Assembly (NCBI RefSeq): GCF_006345805.1
Contig: NW_021833110.1
Span: forward strand, 1-64,000
Reading direction: 5' to 3'
DNA length: 64,000 nucleotides
DNA from: Octopus sinensis
Taxonomy: Eukaryota
Position 1 is the stretch's first letter. Each line of letters opens with the position of its first letter. Below the pieces are notes generated by a model. It did not search any database, was not told the origin of the DNA, and saw nothing but the letters and a program-made list of their open reading frames with translations. Position numbers and translations under genes: made by a program. Below, piece by piece: positions 1 to 11,878 of this stretch.

Positions 1-652
1 TTCGCTTGTGGCAGGCGATATGTGCATGTAGGAAATTAGAAATGTATGCGTACATACATACATACATACATACATACATACACACCTGAACATCAAATAC
101 ACACACGCATACATATACAAATTTATATATATATATATATATAAGTAAAAGAGTTAAAAGATAGAGCATATTTTGATTCGTTGTCTGTGACTGATTCTTC
201 TGTAATCATTCTAGTAACACGTATTTCTTGCACTCTAGTTAATCTTCTCACCAGTGTGGACTATACGTCAACAACTGAGCCCCTGCACCACCAACAAGAA
301 AATCCTCACCCATATACGAGCTTGAAACTCTCGCTGTCGACGTCCGTAAAATCAATTACGAAAAATAAGTTTATGTGCCAAGAAAAGAAAGCAGCTACGT
401 CAACGGCAACAGGAATTTAAAACCTCGGGCGAAAACCGTAATTTAGTACTAATTGTTTATGTAAAATTTATGTATTTGTCAAATTAAAGATTCTTTAATT
501 TTCTCAACACAGCTGCGTTCGTACGTAATCTTATTTGACCTACCAATCACTGCTATACATTTCGGTTTCATACCATCTCTCGTTTGTCACTTTATCTGCT
601 AGGAATAACAGCTAAATCTTTATATATTTATATATATATATATATATATATC

Positions 653-883
653 TTTCTTAACTACACACAAGGGGCTAAACACAGAGAGGACAAACAAGGA
701 CAGACAAACGGATTAAGTCGATTACATCGACACCAGTGCGTAGCTGGTACTTAATTTATCGACCCCGAAAGGATTATAGGCAAAGTCTACCTCGGTGGAA
801 TTTGAACTCAGAACCTAACGGCAGACGAAATACCGCTAAGCATTTCGCCCGGCGTGCTAACGTTTCTGCCAGCTCGCCGCCTT
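653..883 (-). mobile_element. tRNA-derived SINE, family A (near full length)
   Basis: Minus strand begins AAGGCGGCGAGCTGGCAGAAACGTTAGC (A-box-like), has a B box GAGTTCAAATTCC, a central ...TCCTTTCGGGGTCGATAAATTAAGTACCAG segment and a tail ending ...GCCCCTTGTGTGTAG. Many related copies occur in the window. Confidence 0.85.
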
Positions 884-1224
884 TTCATATATATAGCTTT
901 AACTGTTATCTAAGACATTCAAGGGAAACCGACTGTTTTATATTCGCTTATGTTGCTTTATATAGGCAGATTATCTTATATAGTTCTCTGATATCGGGGG
1001 TTGTGTTGGCTAATGTTGCCTTGAATGATCAGAAACTGATGAGAAATATAAAAAGAATCAAAACACAACGAAGATTTATGTGATGAAATGTATTTGATCA
1101 GTGAAGCAATTACGCAGTTTTTTTTCTGTGCAACAACAACGGCAAAACCAATGCCAAGTGCATAGCCTTTCAGTAACCGAATTTGGAGCTACATCATAAG
1201 CACCTGAAAGATGGCCAATTGGTA

Positions 1225-1430
1225 GAATTGTTAGCACACTGGGAAAATTGCGTAGCTTTATTTCTCCTGACTTTGCGGTCAGAATTAAAATTCCGCTGAG
1301 ATCGAATTTGACTTTAATCCTTTCGGTGGTTGATAAAATAAGTACCATTTGAGCACCGGAGCTGATGCCAATGACATAACTCCACCCCTACGAACTTACT
1401 AGTTTTTAGCCGAAATTTTAAACCAATATT
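1225..1430 (+). mobile_element. Degenerate SINE family A
   Basis: AATTCCGCTGAGATCGAATTTGACTTTAATCCTTTCGGTGGTTGATAAAATAAGTACCA matches the family A core. Confidence 0.6.
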
Positions 1431-2010
1431 CTAATGGATCCGAGATATTCTATGGAAGCTGTTAGAATTAATGTGACGACTTAATGGGATACGACAATGA
1501 GAGACGACGTAGTCACTCGACCGGAAAATAGGAGTGACATTCCCTAAAATCATTCCCCACTGTTTATTGTAGCTCTGGGATTCCTACTCGTTAGAAGCGT
1601 TCGTTGTCACAGCTGGAATTCTTGTGATCATACAACAACGGAAATGGACATTCTGTGTCATTAACAGAATCCAATCTCTTTTAAGTTCAGGGAATTAATT
1701 GCCTGTCACCCACTTTCAGCCATTCCCGGAAAACCTGAAATGTATCACCGACGCTGTGCTTAATCTCTCTGAATCATATGAAAGGAAACTATGTTTATAA
1801 ATATTTAGAATAACATAAAGACCCCACGGGAGAGACAACGTAAATCAAATGTATTAATTCCACGTTTTCAATGAAGGGAAAGGAGTTTAATGTTTCACTT
1901 GTTAGCACTTCATTAGAAGGAAGGTAAAATAAAAGCAATAATTGAATAAGATAAGGTTTTAAGAAAAAAACTAAATGAGAAACTAGTTTGAAAAAAGACT
2001 AACGTATATA

Positions 2011-2189
2011 GACTATATTTAAGGGATTAGGAATTATGTACATTGTTTACATTATTTACATTAGACGGATATTTGTCCTCATCTTGTTTGTTGTTAACAC
2101 AACGTTTCGGCTTATATACCCTCCAGCCTTCATCAGGTGTCTTGGGGGAAATTTCGAACCTGGGTTCTCATTCCTAAGGTATTTTTCGA

Positions 2190-2240
<51 letters not shown>

Positions 2241-2326
2241 CATTATTATTCAGGTTACTGCCTGGAATCGAAATCTTGGGGTTAGCAGCCCACGCTCTTA
2301 ACCATTACGGCATATGCCCGTGGGCA
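2011..2326 (-). mobile_element. tRNA-headed SINE-like element with (AAT)n linker and hammerhead-containing, Penelope-like 3' tail
   Basis: Minus strand: A box TGCCGTAATGG (2312-2302), anticodon-arm-like GGG-CTGCTAA-CCC, B box TTCGATTCC (2272-2264), (AAT)n at about 2190-2250, an HHR motif at 2141-2096, and terminal AATGTAAAY repeats. Confidence 0.7.
2096..2141 (-). ncRNA. Minimal type I hammerhead ribozyme motif
   Basis: 5'-GACAC CUGAUGA A GGCU ggagggUaUaUa AGCC GAA ACGU U GUGUU-3'. Stem I GACAC/GUGUU, stem II GGCU/AGCC, palindromic stem III, predicted GUU cleavage triplet. Confidence 0.7.
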
Positions 2327-3150
2327 GACTATTTGGAATCCGATGGTATGGACTCTGCTCTTGATTTTGAATACGGTACTTGTCCATCAGCCGGTTGAAC
2401 TGCATGATCTTCAGGTGCATTTGTCTGAAAAGATTTTGTTGCAAACATTCCTGCCTTGTTTGCGAGCTTAGTAGCAAATTCACTTTACCATCTGAAATCT
2501 CGCAACTCCTTGAAAAATATTCATAGGTTTGAGTTCTACCGTCACATCAGATTTAGACAAAAATTAAAACAGGAAAAAATAGAAACGAGATTGAGCTCTC
2601 GAAGAAATAGCGCTAGGAATCATCACCAGTGATGTTCTTCCATATTCCATAATAACAGACAGCCATTATAGCTTTCATAGTTTATAATCGTTCCCTTTAA
2701 GCGTCATGTTTTAAGAATGCGCTGAGGACATATGGCCACCGGATTGTAGATAGAAACCACCATTTTCCCTAACACTGTCAGATATTTTGTAAAAAAGCAA
2801 AAAATATAAAATCTAGAAAATACCAAAATGTTGTGCACTTCATATCATCTCAGATCATTATGTCATTAAACATAAAATAAACATCTTAAATGTTGCGCAT
2901 TCTAATGTCAGTGAGTGTATATCAGTTAATTTGAAATTCTTCAATAAAATTCGTTTTTTTATTTACCATTAAATAGTGTCAGATTGAAATGTCACAAAGT
3001 TGTTGTTCAAATTTTCATTTGTTTCTATGTTTATATTTGTTTGGTTATAAATTTCCCTCACTTCCCATTGACTCTTTTCCTGCATTAAAACAAATTTATT
3101 ATTTGCAGAGAAGTTAGCTGAGTGTAAGTCAATTATATGTATGTACGTAT

Positions 3151-3223
<73 letters not shown>

Positions 3224-3940
3224 GCGTGTGTGTGTAAGACTCTCTCTCTCTATATATATATAAATATATATATATATGTGCATATGTGTGTATGTGTCTG
3301 TGTATATATGTATATATATATATAGATATATATATGTATATACATACATACATACATATACATATATATATATGTGTGTTTGTGTGTGTGTATACATGCA
3401 CACATATATGCATATATATACACACAACACACCCCCCCAGACACACACACATACACATTCATAGCGATATACAATACAGTCAGACAAAAATATGTATGTG
3501 CGTATGTGTGAATGTGTTTGTTTTGTGTGTATGTGTGTGTATGTTTGTCTGTGTGCGTGTGTGTGTCTGTGTGTGTACAGACACACAAGCAATATTTTAG
3601 GTTTTGCCACAGCTTATAAATGAAAACATTTTCTTAATAGCTCCTTGTATCTTTATACTGGTTTTCGATATCGGAGAGCGATATGATAGATTCGTCAAAT
3701 ATATATAGACGATCTTTTAGAAGAAACCCGAGACATATTTGGACGTGGAACTTGTCATTCCTGTGTGTCGAGCGATCATTTTGCGAAGTATAAATCCATT
3801 TTGTTGTTGACCGACGTAATATATATATATCTATAATTGAAAAAGAGGATAAACGATTTTATAAGAATTTATCAAGTAGTTAGCGTGAAAAACTTCATAA
3901 GGGAAAACTCCATCAATTATTCCTCTTAAATATATTTATA

Positions 3941-4092
3941 TTATATTGAGGGCATTACTATTTATAAATGCCTCACGCTAGCAGGGACTCTTAAAGTCAA
4001 GACTACCTTAATAAATATGTATTAAGGTAGTTTTGAATTTAAGAGTCCCTCCTAGCGTGAGGCATTTATGTATAGTAATGACCTTAATATAA
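3941..4092. repeat. Long near-perfect hairpin (about 73-bp arms, 6-nt loop)
   Basis: 3941-4013 is the reverse complement of 4020-4092 with about 7 mismatches. Confidence 0.9.
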
Positions 4093-4099
4093 AAAAAAA

Positions 4100-4132
<33 letters not shown>

Positions 4133-4802
4133 GTGTAGTTGGAATGAAACTAAACATATCAAGATGTAACAGAATAGTTAGAGTACGTAATAGTTTAACG
4201 TTCAGAAAAATGGAAGGAGGTTTCGTTGTTTACAGGCTACGCTCTACTATAGAAATGAATGAAGAGAGAGAAGAGATCGAGATAGGAAAACACGAAGAGG
4301 AAAAAAACTGTGTCTGCATTAACAGATTAGGAGTCATCCATGTTGACCACTAGAAGAAAGTAGTTCGAGGTATGAGCAGCAAGTGAAACAAGACAGACTT
4401 GTCTTAGATATACGCGTATTTTGTCAATTATTCAGTAATTCCTTTGTGAACATTCGCTATACTGTTGCGACATAATTAATGTTAATTCGAATAGGAGTAA
4501 TTGTTCCACCTATTCTGCGTTCATGGAATATAAGCCAGCACTCAGGAAATATAAACATATATATATAAACAAACACTGTGTGATGCTGAGATATATTGGT
4601 CATAGCTATGACTTAAGTCGTGATGAACTGAGAAAACGAGAGACACAAGAAACAAGAGAATTACGTTTCAACAACGTGCATCATGCGGTTTAGCATTCGC
4701 TTTCGACTGTAACGATACAACTGTAAACAGGTGTGCACGTATACATGAGCATACTATGCATATCTATCTATATTTACATACACACACAGAGATACACACA
4801 CA

Positions 4803-4848
<46 letters not shown>

Positions 4849-4854
4849 ATAAAT

Positions 4855-4952
4855 ATGAATTAGAGATAAACCACTATTATGCAACTCAAACAGTGATAGA
4901 CATAAACCAATACTGTTCGAGTTGCATAATAGTCGTTTTATCTCCAATTCAT
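4855..4952. repeat. Hairpin with about 40-bp arms and a 17-nt loop
   Basis: ATGAATTAGAGATAAACCACTATTATGCAACTCAAACAGT pairs with ACTGTTCGAGTTGCATAATAGTCGTTTTATCTCCAATTCAT. Confidence 0.85.
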
Positions 4953-5054
4953 AATTTATATATTTATACTGTGAAATTTGATTTAATACTAAATTGAACT
5001 TTTCCCTGGAAGTTTGGAGTTATACTCCATAATATTATTATTATTATTATTATT

Positions 5055-5390
5055 GAGTGAGAGAGCAGTGCATGCTATCAAAGTGACACTGGGGTAAAAT
5101 ATACGAAGCCCAGTATACCCATCATGACTACCCGTCTGATAAGGGTACACTAGGCACATGCATCACAACAATATGTGCGCAACATGGTGATCTCATATCA
5201 AGATAAACAGCACATGACCTTGCAGGTGGGGCCCAGTTAGAATTGTCTTCTTGGTCGAGTAACCCATTCCGCTCAAAAGGTCCCTGAATAAGGGTTGTTT
5301 AAGGATGTTGAACGAAACACCCATGTTTCCAGAAGTGAATTATTCAAACACCAAAGAATCCCTCTCAACACATGACTATGATGCTCCCCC
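5055..5390 (-). mobile_element. Interspersed repeat family E embedded in (TAA)n
   Basis: Homologous to 7279-7450, 58924-59043 and 59373-59492, and flanked on both sides by (ATT)n. Strand is inferred from the ...CTCTCTCACTC(AAT)n end, read as a 3' tail. Confidence 0.7.
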
Positions 5391-5406
5391 ATTTATATTA
5401 TTATCA

Positions 5407-5501
<95 letters not shown>

Positions 5502-5576
5502 TTTTATTATTATTATTAATTTATATCTATATATATATGTATAAAAATATGTATATATATTTGGGCGTATATATAT

Positions 5577-5634
<58 letters not shown>

Positions 5635-5948
5635 CTAAGATGTATGCATACGTGCACAAGTGGATCGTGCATAAGTTACGAAACACAACATGGCTAAGGA
5701 AGTAAAAAAAAAAGAATGAAAATAGATTCCTTGCTATAATTGCCAAATAATGGTATTGTAATAACTGACAATTGCATTCATTATAGGAACTGTCTCTTGG
5801 AGAAAAAAATGCTGTTCTTCCATCTGATACTTTGAATGTGAAACTATTTTAGAGTTTCAAATATAAACAGTAAAATTGCAGTGTGCATATAAAATAAAAA
5901 TAGATAAAAATATACAATAACAGTCATTTGTGGACTTATGCAGTTGTG

Positions 5949-5983
<35 letters not shown>

Positions 5984-5987
5984 ATAT

Positions 5988-6094
<107 letters not shown>

Positions 6095-6151
6095 ATATAT
6101 ATATTATATGTATATATATGTATATATATATGTATATATATGTATGTATAT

Positions 6152-6195
<44 letters not shown>

Positions 6196-6661
6196 ATTTA
6201 TATATAATATTCCCTTACAAAATTATACCCTATCAGTTAGAAACATAATATTTACATAGATATACGTACACTCGCTCAAATACACCTGTGTATGTATGTG
6301 TGTCATTCAGTGTGTGTATGTGTGTGTGTGTGTGTGTGTGTATGCATACGGAAAAGCTCAATCGCATTCACTGAAAAGTGTGTCCACACAAGTAATAGTA
6401 CATACATAACGAGTGGCTTCACATGCACAGAAGCATTGAGTACACCACACACACACACACACACACACACCACACACACATGTATATATTGTTAAACATA
6501 TATGTGTGTGTAGTGTGTGTGTGTAAAGAGAGAGAGAGAGAACGACTCTGAGAGAGAATTGAATAATACACGCAATCGAACGTGTCTACATATATAGATG
6601 AATGTTTATAAGTATATATAATATATATATATGTATATCGTATATATATATATATATATAT

Positions 6662-6717
<56 letters not shown>

Positions 6718-6837
6718 ATATATATATACATATATATATATGTATATATATTATATATATAATATATATATATATATGTGTATATATATGTACATACATG
6801 TATGTATATATATATATGTATATATATGTGTATGTAT

Positions 6838-6872
<35 letters not shown>

Positions 6873-7278
6873 TATAATAATATATATATAGTCACATTTA
6901 ACGGATATGCGTCCAATACTGTACCCTGTGCGTGGATGGAATTATCGAAATATTCTTACCGAAATTATACATAGATCGACACACGAGAATATAACGAGGT
7001 ACTATTTCAAATAAACAACAAAAAAAACAAAATAAAATAAAATAAATATAATAACCTAAATTGTCTACTCAACACACATCGAAAACTGAAACACGAACAA
7101 CAACATCCACATGTTATCGATTGCGATAAACATGGACAATATTATGAATGCGCAACATTAAGAATGCGCAGAAAATGTGGAATACGAATATTTATACGTT
7201 TCCCACATTTATCTGCCTTATACACCGCAGCATCGTTTTTGTTGCATATCTATTATTGTTATTATTATTATCCTTATT

Positions 7279-7450
7279 GAGTGAGAGTGCCGTGCATGCA
7301 ATCAAAGTGACACTGGCGGAAAGATATACGAAGCCCAGTATACCCATCAGGACTACCCGCCTGATAAGGGTAAACCAGGCACATGCATCACAACCATATG
7401 TGCGTGACATGGTGATTTCATATCAAGATAAACAGCACATGACCTTGCAG
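7279..7450 (-). mobile_element. Truncated copy of repeat family E
   Basis: High similarity to 5055-5226 (e.g. ATACGAAGCCCAGTATACCCATCA...CTGATAAGGGTA), again between (ATT)n tracts. Confidence 0.75.
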
Positions 7451-7452
7451 TT

Positions 7453-7500
<48 letters not shown>

Positions 7501-8400
7501 TATTATTATTATTATTATTTTTGGCTGTCTTCGCCTGTCCTTAAGGATATATTCTCTTTATTTCGTTTTTCTCCTTCATCCGTCCACGGAGATCCAGAGC
7601 TTCCTTCGATTACTACATGTTCCAAGTTCACAAATTTCCTTATTTAAATTATGAATCATATCCCTTTCGATTATATCGATATGATTACAAGACCCCTATC
7701 TAGACGATATTTTCTGTTTGGTCGACACTAATTTTGAAATTACTTGAAACCCTTGCTCTTCTCATATCAATGTACAACTGGCTGGCTGCGTGTAAACATC
7801 GGAGTGGGCAAAAACAGACCTACACGATCTAAAGTCTGGCCTCCTGATTTCCCTTTCCTGGTCATAATCTCCTGGAACGAAGTAAAATTAAATGAACTAC
7901 TACACAGCTTTATGCATAAACTCGATATTGGCATAGTAGCCATAATCCGATTAAGATGAGCGAAAGCCATCACAATCACTGCTTAATAAAGCTATCCTAA
8001 ACTAAAATTTTCGATATGGCGTAATTCAGTGGAGACGTAAGTTCACTTACTTCACTTTGCTTCCTTTATTAGTTATCTGCCCTTAATTTTTATTTCCATT
8101 TTTTATGCCCATAAGCTGAACAATTTATTTTCTTGTTACCCTTATTTATAATTATATATATATACATGTGTGTATGCATGTGTGTGTGTATATATGAATG
8201 TATGTACGTGTGTGTGTGTGTGGTGTGTGTGTGAGTGTCTGTGACTGCGTTTGTCTACGCTATCGCCTGACAACCGATGCTGGTGTGTTTATATCCTCGT
8301 CAGCTAACGGCTCGGTAAAATAGACCGATATAAAAGATATAGGCTCACAAAGAATAAGACTTGTGGTCAATCTCTTCAACTAAGTCTAAAAATGGTTTAA

Positions 8401-8614
8401 CCCTTTAGTGTTCAGATCCTCTGTAAATGTAATGCTTTTTTATTTAAATTGTTTGAATTAATCATGCATTACCTCATAGCTTTGGGTTTCAATGATGTGA
8501 TTGTTTATTTTTAGACTGTCAATGTAGGTTAGGTGTGAGAGGCTAGATATGGCCAGTTTGAATTAAAATATGTAGATATTTGGGCCGGATTTGGCCAGTT
8601 TAAATACTAAAGGG
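8401..8614. mobile_element. piggyBac-type MITE, copy 1
   Basis: TTAA|CCCTTTAGTGTT...AATACTAAAGGG|TTAA: TTAA TSD with CCC/GGG terminal inverted repeats. Confidence 0.85.
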
Positions 8615-8871
8615 TTAAGGTAGTTCAGAGCCATTTGGCATCTTCTTTCACAGCATGTGCCAAGGCCTGTGTACTTACTCGCTTACCTTGAATTAAATTT
8701 TAATATAACATCACCGCCGGATTGAATGGTACTGTCCAGGTGTTGAACCTTATGACATGCTGGTGATAAAGGTATGTTGGATTGTTGGTATGGCTGTTTT
8801 TGTATACGTGAATAGTACCAGGCTCACAAAGAATAAGTCCTGCGGCCAATTTCTTGACTAAAACCCTTTAA

Positions 8872-9085
8872 CCCTTTAGTGTTCAGATTACTCTGTTAAA
8901 TGTAATGCTTTTTTATTTAATTGTTTTGATTAATCATGCATTACCTCATAGCTTTGAGGTTTCAATGATGATTGTTTATTTTTAGACTGTCAATGTAGTT
9001 AGGTGTGAGAGGCTAGATATGGCCAGTTTGAATATAAAATATGTAGAATATATTGGGCCGGATTGGCCAGTTTAAATACTAAGGG
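8872..9085. mobile_element. piggyBac-type MITE, copy 2, inserted in a family B SINE tail
   Basis: TTAA|CCCTTTAGTGTT...AATACTAAGGG|TTAA, nearly identical to copy 1. Flanks GGCTCACAAAGAATAAGTCC... and GGTGCTCTAGCATG...AAAGAATAAAAGAAT are SINE B sequence. Confidence 0.85.
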
Positions 9086-9229
9086 TTAAGGTGTGGTGCT
9101 CTAGCATGTATGCTGTGAAACGACCGAAAACAAGTGAAAGAATAAAAGAATAAAAGAATATACATATGGGTTGAAAAAAGTGTAGAGAGCTTACGAGAGC
9201 TCGTACAAATTAAATTTTTAGATATGAAA

Positions 9230-10138
9230 GATGGAGGTGGAAACAGCACATGAATCATTTCGATTTAGAAAGAAATTAAAGAAAAATATTTTAACAATTA
9301 TATTAAGAAAGTATAAAACATTACTGGCTTCGATGATGAATTATCTCTTATCAAATATTAATGGAAATTTAAAAGAATTTGCAGTAAAGACAGTCCGCCC
9401 TCTGTGGACAAAACATGTTTGGAGATTTTTCCAGTGAAGTCTTCTTTAAATATAGTTTTGTATAAAGTTCAAAGTGTTTGAGAGAAAGAAAGGAGGCGTA
9501 GTTGTCTATTGTCTAAAAAATATGTGTGTTTCTGCCGAGGGAAAGGTTTATAACCATTTATTGAATGGGTTTTATGTCCAGCTGTGCGTGAATGTGTGTG
9601 TTAGTGTGTGTGTGTGAGGGTGAATTGTGTTGAATGTCCTTTGGAATGTGACCAGCTGTGTGTTAATGGGTGTGTATGTTTGTTTTATTATTACCCACAA
9701 GGGGCATTGGGTGTGTATGTTGTGCTGAATGTCTTGTTTTGACGGGAATTAAGATTTTCCTCCGTTTTGATGTGTGTATTTGAACAGCAATGTTTTCCGT
9801 TGAGTGACTCCAGCAGTCTGAGAAGCAACTCACAGAGGTCTTTCTAGACAATAGACAACTACACTCCTTCGCTTTCTCCCTAACACCTTGCACTCTAAAC
9901 CAATCTAAATTTAAAGAAGACTTCCACGCAAAAATTTCCAGAAATATTTTGCCCACTAAGCAGAGAACAAACTGTTTTTACTTAAGATTTTTATTAATTT
10001 TTTATAAATATTTGATAAGATGAAATTCATCATCGAAACGATTGATATTTTATATTTTCTTTATATAAATTTTAAATGACTTTATGACAATCTTTCTAAA
10101 TTGGAATGATTTACCTCTGTGCTGCTTCCACCTCCGTC
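9230..10138. mobile_element. Old long inverted repeat (about 300-bp arms), possible foldback or non-autonomous DNA transposon
   Basis: 9230-9520 matches the reverse complement of 9838-10138 in collinear blocks (GGAGGTGGAA, ATTTAGAAAGA, TTCGATGATGAATT, TCTTATCAAATATT, GAAGTCTTCTTTAAAT, GTAGTTGTCTATTGTCTA). Confidence 0.7.
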
Positions 10139-10153
10139 ATTTATATATATATA

Positions 10154-10265
10154 TCTTTCTGTTGAAGAGCGTAGGCTCGAAACGTAAAAGACTTGTTTTA
10201 TCTATATTCCTGAGCGCCATACTAATACAGTTGTTTGTTTGTATTCCACCTGCCTTCGTCTTTTG

Positions 10266-10267
<2 letters not shown>
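10154..10267 (+). mobile_element. Penelope-like terminal-repeat fragment with variant minimal hammerhead (10154-10191)
   Basis: UCUUU CUGUUGA A GAGC guag GCUC GAA ACGU A AAAGA; the same family occurs at 28857-29048 (-). Confidence 0.6.
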
Positions 10268-10344
<77 letters not shown>

Positions 10345-10394
10345 GTGTGTGTGTGTGTGTGTACATATATATGTATATATATATATATATATAG

Positions 10395-10425
<31 letters not shown>

Positions 10426-11309
10426 TATATGAATGCAACTGCTCACAATACCACTCTTTGGATTAAACCCGGACAATGTGGTGTCATGTGGCAGGAAAGT
10501 AAATTCGTACGTTGCAACAAGACCTGCGTTTATGCATTTCTTTCACAAAGACACCGGAATGTACATCGTATATACGCCATACATCTTATATCTACGTTTC
10601 AATCTAAGCATCATACCGGACCCCGCAAAAACATTTTTGTAAGTGCTGTAGTATGCGGATGTACCTCTTACAATTGTTTGAATATCTCCAGACACCTCAA
10701 CGTCACAACTCATAAGATTTCGCTTGGAAAGAACTGTTTCAGCATCTGCCAAATACCAAATCATAAATACATGGAAGTATATCGTTCGAGGTACACACTC
10801 ACACACGCGCACTCATTCAAATATGTGTGTTTATATATACATATATGTATATACATACATAGTGGCTTAGGTGTATTTATTCAGTTACATCCGATTAAAT
10901 ACGTAAGACTTGGTATGGTTGCGTATGTCACACGCTTGTGTTCTTTTTGTGTTTTTGTGAATCACCTTGTGTATGTATATAATTGTATGTGTATCTACTT
11001 ATCTATTTATCTATCTATTGATCAATCGATCTTACTTCTGTCTATCTCTCTTTCTACCTATCGATTTTTTTATCATATCAATCGGTTTCCATACTTACAT
11101 ATCTATGCATAAATACCTATTTGCATACTTCCATATATACCCACATGCATACATCAAGGTGTATATGAAAATGATATATTTATATGTATATATATGCATA
11201 CATACATGTGTGTGAGTGTGTGTCAGTGTGTATATATATGTATATATATTTATATATATATATATGTATACATACATACGTACATACATACATGTGTGTG
11301 AGTGTGTGC

Positions 11310-11350
<41 letters not shown>

Positions 11351-11833
11351 TATGTATATATTTATGGACGTACATTACATGTATTAAGCGGTGCTGATGA
11401 TGTCATAGGGCGCAATGTACGTTTGAATGGATCAGTTGAACCTAGAGCTATCCTACATTATAAGAAAGATATTGCGCGTCTCATGCCCTGCAGCTAAGGC
11501 CGAGCAAGACTGGGGCAGATTGTTGAACTGAGGACTCTCAGAGATGAACGATGTAACGAGACACAACCTTTCTATAGTATCGTCCTTTCGATAAACAACC
11601 GACTTGGAACGCTATCTTTCCCTATTCTCACTCCGACAGTTTGAAATGAAATGCTACCACTACCCCTGGCCTGATTTGAAATCAGGGAGCATAGTGAGGA
11701 CAAATGTCAGGATAGTCGTTATCATACACTACGCTGTGACTGCATTGCCGATTCACTAGCTACATGTGTAGATGTGTGTATGTGTGTAGGCATACATGCA
11801 TACATACATATATCGCTCTTTCTCTTTTCTCTC

Positions 11834-11878
<45 letters not shown>

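Noticed and set aside
736-1083. ORFs with WYLIYRPRK...NLNSE peptides (also 43372-43659)
   Set aside because: Antisense translation of SINE family A.
2250-2326. Possible tRNA gene (also 18400-18484, 32438-32500, 56292-56360)
   Set aside because: These have A and B boxes but no complete cloverleaf, and they continue into repeat bodies, so they are SINE heads.
2298-2540. Minus-strand open frame after a pyrimidine tract (possible exon)
   Set aside because: No recognisable protein similarity, no clear donor, and the frame runs into the SINE head.
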